A DNA stretch of 64,000 nucleotides. Origin: Candidatus Aenigmatarchaeota archaeon (GTDB taxonomy: Archaea > Aenigmatarchaeota > Aenigmatarchaeia > CG10238-14 > SCSR01). Position numbers and translations under genes: made by a program. The stretch covers positions 1 through 64,000 of the forward strand of contig JAWBTW010000001.1 in the NCBI GenBank assembly GCA_039000165.1, written 5' to 3'. A model generated the notes under the pieces. That model searched no databases. It was not told the origin of the DNA and saw only the letters and a list, made by a program, of their open reading frames with translations. Below are positions 1 to 8,964 of this stretch, in pieces (positions within the stretch are counted from its first letter, which is position 1; the number at the start of each line of letters is the position of its first letter).

Positions 1-64
1 TAAGAAATATCAGGAGTTTAGCATCAAATTTTTAAGCTTCAATTTTTTAAGAATTATTGAGATT

Positions 65-445
65 ATGCCTTTTGTTTATGTTCCTCTTAAAACTTTTCCA
101 CGAAGCTTAGAAGAAGCAAAAAAGGAATTAGAAAAGCTCTACGAATGTTTCAAGAATTTCATGAGTAAAGACTTTGATTTTATTTCCTGGTTTGAAAACG
201 ATTTTGGAAAAGACATCAAAAGCTTAGAGTGTATAAGTGAAAAAATTTTTACCATTACTAAGGAGGGAAAAATTCTTGGAAGACTTGAATACGTAAGAAG
301 AGAAGCCAGAAAACTTCAAGAAGAAAGAGCCAGACTAATCCTAGGCAACTATTATTCTATTTACTATTCGAGGGCTAAGGAAGTTTTTACTGCTTTTTAC
401 AACCTTTTAGATTACTTAAAAGATTTGTTTCAACTTAAAACTTGA
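65..445 (+). CDS. hypothetical protein
   Basis: 126-aa ORF with a TATA-like element about 30 nt upstream; no recognised motif. Confidence 0.6.
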   Translation: MPFVYVPLKTFPRSLEEAKKELEKLYECFKNFMSKDFDFISWFENDFGKDIKSLECISEKIFTITKEGKILGRLEYVRREARKLQEERARLILGNYYSIYYSRAKEVFTAFYNLLDYLKDLFQLKT

Positions 446-524
446 ATTATATCTTTTGATTCAAAAAATTTTAAATACTTGTTCTTGAATTATTTTTAAA
501 TATCGAAGGAGGAAAATCGCTTAG

Positions 525-680
525 ATGACTGAAATTATAAAAAGTTATTTTAGGGAAATGAGCGATTCTCTGATAGAAATCGACTATTCCTGGAATGAAA
601 TTTACAGAAAGACTAATCCCTACTCTTACGACGCACTAGCTTTTTCCCTCGAAAATTTAGATAAGATGTTTCAACAATAA
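525..680 (+). CDS. small hypothetical protein (51 aa, MTEIIKSYFREMSDSL...)
   Basis: Read manually; ATG preceded by AAGGAGG; fills the intergenic gap. Confidence 0.5.
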   Translation: MTEIIKSYFREMSDSLIEIDYSWNEIYRKTNPYSYDALAFSLENLDKMFQQ

Positions 681-1138
681 TGCTTGCTAACTTGCTCAGG
701 CGCTATCTCACAAGCCACAGAAAGAACTTGAAAACTCTTATCTATAGTAAACTCTTTCAAACAGACAGTTAAATTTTCATAGTCGAAACAGAATATTTCA
801 AAAGGCATTATAGCTCCTCTACAATTAAAAACGCTTTCAGTTTTCTTGCACACAAAATTGGAAAAATAACATACGGTATAATTTTCGTAAATTTTTTCAT
901 AACCTATGGGAAAGCCAGAATCCAAACCAGCGTTAGGAAATGTTTCTGTATATTCTTTTGCTTTTCTAGACAAGAAAGCTTTAATTTCATTTTCAATAAC
1001 ACAACTCTTCCTTTCTTCTCTTCGAAGATTTAATAAATGAGGATTAAGAGCTATCAACCCAACTACTACAAAAATAGAAATAAGTAAAAGCATAGACTTC
1101 AAACTTCCTTTAAAAATTTTATTCACCCTTAAGAGCAA
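671..1138 (-). CDS. membrane-anchored Cys-rich hypothetical protein
   Basis: N-terminal hydrophobic helix, multiple Cys. Confidence 0.6.
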   Translation of the reverse strand: MLLRVNKIFKGSLKSMLLLISIFVVVGLIALNPHLLNLRREERKSCVIENEIKAFLSRKAKEYTETFPNAGLDSGFPIGYEKIYENYTVCYFSNFVCKKTESVFNCRGAIMPFEIFCFDYENLTVCLKEFTIDKSFQVLSVACEIAPEQVSKHYC

Positions 1139-1452
1139 TTAACTTGAAAAGATGTTTTTGCGTTAGTGCAAATAACATCGCCAAACCCTAAGTAATAATA
1201 CTTGTAATCGTAGCCAAAACCATAAAGAGTTTTTGTACAGCACTTAAGCCTTGCATAATTTTGTAGCAAAATATCATATTTTTCTTGTAAATCTTTAATC
1301 TTTGCTTCACAATCTTTAGTAGGAACTCTTGCAAACTGCCCTGAAAAGCTTATACCAGTTATAAAACTCAAGAGAAAAATCAAAACAAAAACTGAAGCAA
1401 GTAAAACATTATTTCTTTTTCTTTTTATAACTGGAGCAGGTATTTCCATCAC
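1129..1452 (-). CDS. membrane-anchored Cys-rich hypothetical protein
   Basis: TM helix, short coiled coil, Cys-rich C-terminus. Confidence 0.6.
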   Translation of the reverse strand: MMEIPAPVIKRKRNNVLLASVFVLIFLLSFITGISFSGQFARVPTKDCEAKIKDLQEKYDILLQNYARLKCCTKTLYGFGYDYKYYYLGFGDVICTNAKTSFQVNCS

Positions 1453-1481
1453 TTTTTTGTTGGTTTGTCAATCTTAAATAT

Positions 1482-1964
1482 TTAAGCCAAAGGGCTAAAA
1501 GTTGAGATTAAATCACCAACGTAATGAGTAATCATAACAACTATAATGGTAATCAACAAGTGCTCCAAAATTACTGGTAATGGTTTCGTTCTTTGCTGTT
1601 TTGCCATATAAAAACTAAAAGATGCTATCAACGACAAACCCCAACAAACACTAACAAGTATAGCTTCTTGCAACTCAAAAATTAAAACAGGAAGTATAAA
1701 AGTAGAGGCAAAAAATAATTTTGACAGAAAAGTTGATAGTGTAGCTAGCCAAATCTCTTTTGGTTTACGCTTCTTTTCTGATTCTTCTGATATATGCATA
1801 CCTATAGCATCAGAGAAAGCATCAGCTATAGCAATAGCAAGGATTCCACCGATAACAGCTATTCCGGAATGGGTGCTTGAGTGTAAGCCTACCATCAAGC
1901 CGAGAGTCGTTATTATACCAGAAGTTAGACCAAAACTAAACCCTCTTCTTACCGATGCTTCCAT
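1482..1964 (-). CDS. VIT1/CCC1-family membrane protein
   Basis: FGLTSGIITTLGL and IADAFSDAIGMHISEE motifs. Confidence 0.8.
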   Translation of the reverse strand: MEASVRRGFSFGLTSGIITTLGLMVGLHSSTHSGIAVIGGILAIAIADAFSDAIGMHISEESEKKRKPKEIWLATLSTFLSKLFFASTFILPVLIFELQEAILVSVCWGLSLIASFSFYMAKQQRTKPLPVILEHLLITIIVVMITHYVGDLISTFSPLA

Positions 1965-2010
1965 AGTTTTAATTTAGTAAGGATTAAATTTAAAGTAAAC
2001 CAATAAATTA

Positions 2011-2271
2011 TTGAGAAAAATGTTCATTTTTTCGATATTTGGAAAGATTTTCAAGAAGAAAGAGTCAGAGAAAGAAGAAGAGAGCAAAGAAAGTAAAGAG
2101 ACTGAAGAAGAATTTCAAAAAATTGAACTTAAGGATACTTCTTTAAGAAATGTTCCAATAGAAAAAGAAGAAAAAGAAATGTTAAAATCTGAGCTTAAAC
2201 CTGGACCCTTAACGGAAAAATTCTTTGACCTTGCTCCAGTGAGAGAAAAAAAGAAAGAAGAAAAAGAGTAA
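2011..2271 (+). CDS. charged hypothetical protein
   Basis: E/K-rich ORF. Confidence 0.5.
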   Translation: MRKMFIFSIFGKIFKKKESEKEEESKESKETEEEFQKIELKDTSLRNVPIEKEEKEMLKSELKPGPLTEKFFDLAPVREKKKEEKE

Positions 2272-2302
2272 TCAAAAATTACATAAAAAACTAAATTATA
2301 TT

Positions 2303-3283
2303 ATGGCCAAATGGTTAATTTTGCTTGTTCTTATTCTAATTCTTTCTTATCTTTTTCTAGAACTTCTTAAAAGTTTTCAAGGTTTTGAATGGTTTTGTAT
2401 AAACTGTGAAAACATTTCTGAAGCTGTTTTTGAGAATTTTACCTTTTCTAACCTAAGCAGTATAGAAACTTCTGCTTTTGCGCCTTTACTTTATGAGAAT
2501 ATAAGATGGAATCATATGCCTTTGAAAGTTTACTTGAACGTTAGTAGTGGTTTAAGCTTGCCTCAGTTTAGTGTTTCAAACATCGAAAACGTAAGAGAGG
2601 CTATGCAAAGGTGGGAAAACGCAACTAACAAATTGATTACTTTTGTTGAAGTGACAAAGGCCGAAGAAAGTGATATCATAGTGAACTGGGTTAAAACTTT
2701 TGAAGCTGGAGGGAAAAAAATTTTAGGTGAAGGCGGACCTGTTGTTAGGGATACAGGCCTGTTTAACTTAACAATAAGGGGTGAAATCTATCTTTTAGTT
2801 CAAAGAATTAAGTGTTTGGATATAACAACAGCTACTCATGAGTTTGGCCATGTTCTAGGTTTTGACCACTCAAAAAACTTTCAGGATATAATGTACCCTA
2901 CTGCTGACTGCTCTCAAAGAATAAGTGAAGCAGAAGTTAAAACCCTTTTTGAGCTTTATAAAGTTCCGCCCAAACCAGAGTTATACTTTCTAAACGCTTC
3001 AGCTAAAAAGCCAGGAAAGTACTTAAATTTAGAGTTTGCAGTTAAGAATTCTGGTTTAATAACTTCTTTAAAAACTTCTGTAGACTTAGTTCTTGACAAT
3101 AAAACAGTAAGGAGTTTTGATATCCCAAAGCTTGAGCCAGGAGAGACTCTCGTAATAAGAATTAGTAACATAATGATTCCAAGCTTTAAGGTTTTACAGC
3201 TTTTTGTTGACTCAAAGAATAGTAATGACGAAATTTACGAGGATAATAATTTCGTAACTTTGGTAAGACTTGAACAAGCTTAA
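2303..3283 (+). CDS. secreted matrixin (M10) metalloprotease with C-terminal CARDB-like domain
   Basis: Signal anchor; HEFGHVLGFDH plus IMYP Met-turn; VDSKNSNDEIYEDNN CARDB-like end. Confidence 0.85.
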   Translation: MAKWLILLVLILILSYLFLELLKSFQGFEWFCINCENISEAVFENFTFSNLSSIETSAFAPLLYENIRWNHMPLKVYLNVSSGLSLPQFSVSNIENVREAMQRWENATNKLITFVEVTKAEESDIIVNWVKTFEAGGKKILGEGGPVVRDTGLFNLTIRGEIYLLVQRIKCLDITTATHEFGHVLGFDHSKNFQDIMYPTADCSQRISEAEVKTLFELYKVPPKPELYFLNASAKKPGKYLNLEFAVKNSGLITSLKTSVDLVLDNKTVRSFDIPKLEPGETLVIRISNIMIPSFKVLQLFVDSKNSNDEIYEDNNFVTLVRLEQA

Positions 3284-3308
3284 ATCTTTTTCTACTACTT
3301 CTTTAAGT

Positions 3309-3530
3309 ATGGGAGAAGATTTAAAATGCCAAATACTTTCTAAACTAGCTTCCTCAAAAAATGGTCTTTACCTTTCCCAGTTTTACGATAAAAATTATGA
3401 TTTCTTAGAGTTCTTCAAAGTGCTCATGAGTTTATACAACGAAAAACTTGTAGAAAGAAATAAAGTTACGAGAAAATATGAAATAACTTCAAAAGGCTTG
3501 GAAGAACTTAAAAAGATAAAGCAAGCTTAA
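3309..3530 (+). CDS. winged helix-turn-helix protein
   Basis: LVER...KYEITSKG wing motif; start moved to ATG 3309. Confidence 0.6.
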   Translation: MGEDLKCQILSKLASSKNGLYLSQFYDKNYDFLEFFKVLMSLYNEKLVERNKVTRKYEITSKGLEELKKIKQA

Positions 3531-3556
3531 ATTTTTTAACTGCGATTCAATAATAA

Positions 3557-4423
3557 ATGGGGGAAAGGAGCTTCCTCGCAGAATCTAGCAAATTTGAAGA
3601 AGCAGACATAGTGATATTCGGAGTTCCCTTAGGGAAAGATGCTAAAAAAATTTTAACCTCTTTAAGAGAAACTAGCTGGTTTGTTGAATTTTTTGATGTA
3701 GACAAAAAAAGAAATTTGATAGAAAAAGTTAAATTTTATGATGCTGGCGATATTCAACTAACAAGCGAAAACGATATTGTAGTTAAAACAAAAGAAATAC
3801 TTGAAAGTAAAAAAATCCCTTTGATTCTTGGAAAATCCCATTTGTTAACTTTGTTTGTTCTAAGAGCTTTTGATAACGTGAAAGTTGTAAGTTTTGACGC
3901 TCATGCAGACATTAAAAATGAATACTATGACGAAAAAATTTCTCAGTCAACAGAACCTTTAAGAATAAAAGAGCAAGCGAGATACAATTGCGCAACTTGG
4001 TTAAGAAGAGCTTTTGAGGAAGGTAAGAAAGATATAGCTATTGTAGGTTTAAGGTCTTGCGATGAAGATGATTTCTCTTTTATAGAAAAAAATAAAATTT
4101 TAGCTTTCTCGCCAAATAAAATAAAAAAAGACTTTTACGAGAAAAAAAGGATAAAAGAAAATCTTAAAAAATTTGTTAGGGATTCGAAAGTTTATTTAAG
4201 CATAGATATAGATGTTTTCGACCCAAGCATTGCTCCTGCTGTTGAGCATCCTGAACCAAATGGTTTACTACTCCCTGAGTTTTTGGAACTATTAGAAATT
4301 TTTAAAGGAAAAATTGTAGGTTTTGACTTGGTTGAAATAGCTTTTTGTGAGAAAAAACTTATGGAAATAACAGAATTCTTAGCTACTAGAGTTATTCTTG
4401 AAGTTCTGTCCAGAATTAAGTAA
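3557..4423 (+). CDS. agmatinase/arginase (ureohydrolase) family protein
   Basis: DAHAD, DIDVFDPS.AP, PEPNGL and GFDLVE motifs. Confidence 0.85.
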   Translation: MGERSFLAESSKFEEADIVIFGVPLGKDAKKILTSLRETSWFVEFFDVDKKRNLIEKVKFYDAGDIQLTSENDIVVKTKEILESKKIPLILGKSHLLTLFVLRAFDNVKVVSFDAHADIKNEYYDEKISQSTEPLRIKEQARYNCATWLRRAFEEGKKDIAIVGLRSCDEDDFSFIEKNKILAFSPNKIKKDFYEKKRIKENLKKFVRDSKVYLSIDIDVFDPSIAPAVEHPEPNGLLLPEFLELLEIFKGKIVGFDLVEIAFCEKKLMEITEFLATRVILEVLSRIK

Positions 4424-5245
4424 GTTAAGGTAGGCTTCCCTTATTCCTCTGAACCCAAGATTTTTTGCTTGCAATTTTGTGAAGTATTTTCTTCCAAGTT
4501 TTTCTATTCCTTTGTGGATTCCTGAGCTGTATTGAAAAGATTTCTTGATTTTGAAAGCAATTTCTTTTGGTACACCAAGCTCAAAAGCAATTTCTCTGGT
4601 TATATGCTTTCTTAAGTTATCTTCTGGGCCTTTAATCTTAAACTCTAACGGGATTTTCTTTGCAAGATTAATAAAATCTAAATCAAGAAAAGGTTCAGAA
4701 TAGTTTATACCAAACAAGTTTGCAATTTTTTTGATAGCTTCTTGATTTTCAAACGCTTTCTTTATAGTTTTTTCTATAAAATCAGAAAGATCTTTTTCGC
4801 TTGTTTTTAAAAATTTACAGCATCTCTTATAACCACAAAATAGTTCATCCAAACCATTTGCACTTAAAATATTTTTTATACTATTTTCTTTTGCGAGCAT
4901 AAAGGTGAAATAAAAACCGACTCTAATTTCTAAGTCGATTAAAGTTTGAGGTTTTGTGAGTGAAATTACTTTTTTAATCCCTTCTTCCAACTCTTCTAAA
5001 CTTAAGGGTTTAGTATAATGAGGAAGATTTAAAGACTGACTCGAGATTTTTGAGTTTTTTAAATCGAAAGAATTTTCTAAACCAACGGTTAAAAGCTTAA
5101 CTTTTTTCCCTAGCTTTTCACAAGCTTTCGCAAGCAAAGAGCTATCACAACCACCGGAAAAAGCAATTCCAACTTCTTTTTCTCTACAATTTCTTTCTAT
5201 GGTTGAAAAAATTTCTTCAATTAATTTTTGCTTTATTTCTTCCAT
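4379..5245 (-). CDS. asparagine synthase C-terminal-domain protein (PP-loop ATP pyrophosphatase)
   Basis: AFSGGCDSS, DELFCGY, PFLD and KKSFQYSSG; no glutaminase domain. Confidence 0.8.
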   Translation of the reverse strand: MEEIKQKLIEEIFSTIERNCREKEVGIAFSGGCDSSLLAKACEKLGKKVKLLTVGLENSFDLKNSKISSQSLNLPHYTKPLSLEELEEGIKKVISLTKPQTLIDLEIRVGFYFTFMLAKENSIKNILSANGLDELFCGYKRCCKFLKTSEKDLSDFIEKTIKKAFENQEAIKKIANLFGINYSEPFLDLDFINLAKKIPLEFKIKGPEDNLRKHITREIAFELGVPKEIAFKIKKSFQYSSGIHKGIEKLGRKYFTKLQAKNLGFRGIREAYLNLLNSGQNFKNNSSS

Positions 5246-5296
5246 AATTTTAAATATTAAGGTAATTAAAAGTTTAAGTTGAATTATTTAATAGAA

Positions 5297-5382
5297 GCAG
5301 GGGTCGCCTAGCCTGGTCAAGGGCGCAGGCCTGAGGCGCCTGTGGCTTAGTGCCTTCCTGGGTTCAAATCCCAGCCCCTGCA
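5297..5382 (+). tRNA. tRNA-Leu(GAG)
   Basis: GCAGGGG/CCCCTGC acceptor stem, CAGGC-CTGAGGC-GCCTG anticodon arm, long variable arm, TTCAAAT loop. Confidence 0.95.
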
Positions 5383-5492
5383 CTAGATTCTATTCCCATA
5401 CACTTGACAGGATTTATCATAAACTCTAAATTATACAAGGAAAGATGGCATCTATTAGTAGACTTAAATCTTTTTCTAACTATATTTTTACC

Positions 5493-6635
5493 ATGGGAAT
5501 AAAATATTCTGATTTTGTTGATTATAGAAAGCTAGACTCTCTTAAAAAAATGGCTTTAGAAATTTTTGAACCAACTCTAAAATATCCCGAAAGATTAGGA
5601 TTAAGACTACTACCAGAAAGTTTAGGGCAGACTGCTCCTATTTTTGAACCTGTTGGAATAAAAGATTCAGATTTTTTGATAGTAGGTCCAAACGTAGAAG
5701 GACTTGGAACAAAAAACTTAGTTGCAGATTGTATGTACAGTGAAATTGTTGAGAAAAAAAGGATTGCAGAAAATTTGGACGTTAAAAAATTGTATAGATG
5801 TATAGGACAAGATACAGCTGCTATGTCAGTTAATGATGTTTTGGCCGTTGGTGCAGACCCATACGTTTACTGTGATATAATTGCATGTGGAAAAGCATCA
5901 TGGTTTGATGACCTTGAAAGAACAAGAGAATTGCTGTTAGGGTACAGACAGGCTGCTGATATAGGACAGTTTGCAATTCCTCAAGGTGAAACTCCTGAAC
6001 TACCTGGAATAGTAAACTCTGAAACTTTGGATTTGGCTGGAGCTTCTTGCGGGCTAGTAAGACCAAAGAGCAGATACATTACCGGAGAAAAAATAGAGGA
6101 AGGAGATATAATTTATGGGCTTGCAAGTAGTGGGATTCATGCTAATGGTTTGAGCAAGGCAAGAAAGATTGCAGAAAAACTTCCTGAAGGTTTCTTTACA
6201 GAGCTATCTAACGGAAAAACCTTAGGTGAAGAACTTTTAACTCCTACTCACATTTACTCTAGGTTAGTAATGGAATTGTTTGAATTTATAGATATTCACT
6301 TTTTACAGCCAATAACTGGGCATGGATGGAAAAAAATTATGAGGGCAAGAAAACCCTTTACCTATGTGATAGAGAATGTTCCAGAACCGCCTTTAATCTT
6401 TCAGGAATTAATTGAGTTTGGGAAAAAATATGGTTTTGATGTTTCTGATTTTGAAAATTATCAAGTATGGAATATGGGCGTTGGATATATTATCATAGGG
6501 CCTAAATTTGATGTAGATGCTATAAGAAAAGTAGTTAGAAGAAAGTCTAATATAGAAGTCTACGAGTTGGGCTATGTAAAAAAAGGAGAAAAGCAAGTAA
6601 TAATAAAACCAAAAAATATTGTGTATAAGGATTAA
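5493..6635 (+). CDS. purM: phosphoribosylaminoimidazole (AIR) synthetase
   Basis: AMSVNDV, GETPELPG, GLASSGIHANG, ITGHG and WNMGVG; start may be 5445. Confidence 0.9.
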   Translation: MGIKYSDFVDYRKLDSLKKMALEIFEPTLKYPERLGLRLLPESLGQTAPIFEPVGIKDSDFLIVGPNVEGLGTKNLVADCMYSEIVEKKRIAENLDVKKLYRCIGQDTAAMSVNDVLAVGADPYVYCDIIACGKASWFDDLERTRELLLGYRQAADIGQFAIPQGETPELPGIVNSETLDLAGASCGLVRPKSRYITGEKIEEGDIIYGLASSGIHANGLSKARKIAEKLPEGFFTELSNGKTLGEELLTPTHIYSRLVMELFEFIDIHFLQPITGHGWKKIMRARKPFTYVIENVPEPPLIFQELIEFGKKYGFDVSDFENYQVWNMGVGYIIIGPKFDVDAIRKVVRRKSNIEVYELGYVKKGEKQVIIKPKNIVYKD

Positions 6636-6651
6636 AAATTTAGGTGATAAA

Positions 6652-8046
6652 ATGAGCGAAGAAAAAGTATCGATATTTGATTTGTTTTCTCCAACAGACT
6701 ATAGGTACTCTGTTGAAGAATTAAAGCAATATCTGTCAGAAGAGGCTTTTGTTAAGTACAAATCAAAAGTGGAAGCAGCGTTAGCTAAAGTTAAAGCAAG
6801 AAGAGGTATAATAACCCAAGAATCTGCTGAAGAAATTTTTAAAGCTTGTGAACAAGTTAAAGCAAAAGAAGTTTACGAGGAAGAAGAAAGAACAAGGCAT
6901 GACATAATAGCTCAAGTCAATATGATAAGGAAAAGAGTTAGTGATGAAGCAAAGCCAGCTGTACATGTACCAGCAACTTCTTATGATATAGTTGACACTG
7001 CTAATATGCTGCGCTATAGAGATGCTTTTAAAAATATTATTATTCCTGATATGGTTTCTTTGGAAAAAGTTTGGATAGAGCTAGCTAGAAAAGAAAAAGA
7101 TACTTTACAAATAGGTAGAACTCATCTGCAGCATGCAGAACCTATAACGTTTGGTTTTACAATGGCCTGGTATGTTAGTAGGTTTGGAAGAAGAATTTTA
7201 AAAGTAAAAGAGGCGGTTGAAAGCTTAGAGGGGAAATTTTCAGGTGCAGTAGGCGCCTATAATGCTCCTTCTTTGTTTTTTGAGGATCCTGAAGAATTTG
7301 AGAGAGAAGTTTTGGTAGAATTGGGAATAAAACCAACTGAAATTTCCACTCAAATAGTACAACCAGAACCTTTAGCGGATTTGATGCATTATGTGTTTAG
7401 TAGCTTTAATATTCTAGCAAACTGGGCAAGGGATATGAGGAACTTACAAAGACCAGAAATAGGAGAAGTAGGTCAGCCAAGAGGTAAAGATATTTCAAGC
7501 TCTTCAACTATGCCACATAAAGCAAACCCTGTAGGATTAGAAAATATAGAAAGTTTATGGAAGGCAACAATTCCCTACATTTTCACAACTTATTTAGATC
7601 AAATTTCAGATCATCAACGTGACTTAACAAACTCTGCTTCCCAAAGGTTTATACCCCAAATACTTGTTCAGTTTGACTACGCTGTAAGAAGAGCTAAAAG
7701 AATTTCTGAAAACCTTAAACCCCATTACCACAATATGCTCAAAAACTTTGAAATGAATAAGGACAAGATAATCGCAGAGCCTCTCCACATCTTACTTTCT
7801 TTCTATGGACATCCAAATTCTCATGAATACGTGAGCAGGCTTGTTGAGCAGTCTTATTCTACTGGTAAACCTTTAACAGAAATTATTACTCAAGATGAAA
7901 ATCTTAAACCTTACCTTGAAAAGTTTACCGAAGAACAAAAAAATATAATTTTTAATCCTTCCAAATATGTAGGAATCGCTTCAAAAAAAGCAGAAAAGAT
8001 TGCAAACTTGTGGGAAAAAAGACTTAGAGAAGCGGGTTTGTTATAA
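6652..8046 (+). CDS. purB: adenylosuccinate lyase
   Basis: TRHD, GRTHLQHAEPITFG and SSSTMPHKANP signature; SD AGGTGA before ATG 6652. Confidence 0.92.
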   Translation: MSEEKVSIFDLFSPTDYRYSVEELKQYLSEEAFVKYKSKVEAALAKVKARRGIITQESAEEIFKACEQVKAKEVYEEEERTRHDIIAQVNMIRKRVSDEAKPAVHVPATSYDIVDTANMLRYRDAFKNIIIPDMVSLEKVWIELARKEKDTLQIGRTHLQHAEPITFGFTMAWYVSRFGRRILKVKEAVESLEGKFSGAVGAYNAPSLFFEDPEEFEREVLVELGIKPTEISTQIVQPEPLADLMHYVFSSFNILANWARDMRNLQRPEIGEVGQPRGKDISSSSTMPHKANPVGLENIESLWKATIPYIFTTYLDQISDHQRDLTNSASQRFIPQILVQFDYAVRRAKRISENLKPHYHNMLKNFEMNKDKIIAEPLHILLSFYGHPNSHEYVSRLVEQSYSTGKPLTEIITQDENLKPYLEKFTEEQKNIIFNPSKYVGIASKKAEKIANLWEKRLREAGLL

Positions 8047-8066
8047 CCAAAGTTTAAAAATTTAAA

Positions 8067-8438
8067 ATGGAAATAAAAAGCATGTGCGTTTCCAGAGGAC
8101 TCTTTTTATTTTTCTTGACTGATCTTCTATTTTTAAAAGAACTTCAAGCCAAAAAACCAAAGGGTATCTCTTTGGTATTCAATACAGACCCTTACGAAGG
8201 TGTTCCAGAAACTGATCATTTTCTAAGTTCTAGAGGGATTAGACAACGAGGTGAAAACTATTATATGTCCTTAGAAAAATTTGTTTATGAATATAATATG
8301 ACTTTGGAAAATTTGGAAGAAACTCTTATAGGTTTACAACAAGAAATTGAAAGATATAACATTAAAGTGGATTGGAAAAAAATATTTAACTTAAGTTCAA
8401 AAGAGTCGCTAGGTAGTTTGGAAAAAAAGCAGATTTAA
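8067..8438 (+). CDS. hypothetical protein
   Basis: 123-aa ORF. Confidence 0.5.
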   Translation: MEIKSMCVSRGLFLFFLTDLLFLKELQAKKPKGISLVFNTDPYEGVPETDHFLSSRGIRQRGENYYMSLEKFVYEYNMTLENLEETLIGLQQEIERYNIKVDWKKIFNLSSKESLGSLEKKQI

Positions 8439-8487
8439 AGAAACCTTAATTATTAACATTTTAAATATTAAATTACAAATTAAAATT

Positions 8488-8964
8488 ATGGATGAAAAGA
8501 CAGAAGCAAAAGCTATTGAGGAAGAATTGAAAAAAGAGCTCGAATCTTACAAGGCAAGAATTTTGCCTCAGTATTCTAAGAAAGCTAGCAAAAAATTAAA
8601 AAGAATACAAAAGTATTTGGCTAAGCTTAAGCCTTTAAAAGTAAAGTTTTCTTCACTCTCAAAAGTTGAAGAAGAAGCAAGCAATGCTCTATCTCAACTT
8701 AAAACTCAAATATCTCAAGCTAGGGAAAAAATAGTTTCCAACAAAGCTAGAATTAAAGCTTTAAAGCAAGAAATTAAGGATCTGAAAAAAGAGATACCTC
8801 TGCTTAAAAAGTACATAAGAGGTTGGAAAAGAGAAAAGAAAAAGGTTGAAAAAAAGCATAAAAAAGCCTTAAAGCTACTAAGAAAATTAAAAACAAAAAT
8901 TGTAAAAATTGAGAAAAAGAAAGAGAAAGTTGTTAAAAGTTTGAGAAAGTATTTTAGCGATTAA
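8488..8964 (+). CDS. Lys-rich coiled-coil protein
   Basis: Heptad-like, highly basic. Confidence 0.6.
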   Translation: MDEKTEAKAIEEELKKELESYKARILPQYSKKASKKLKRIQKYLAKLKPLKVKFSSLSKVEEEASNALSQLKTQISQAREKIVSNKARIKALKQEIKDLKKEIPLLKKYIRGWKREKKKVEKKHKKALKLLRKLKTKIVKIEKKKEKVVKSLRKYFSD

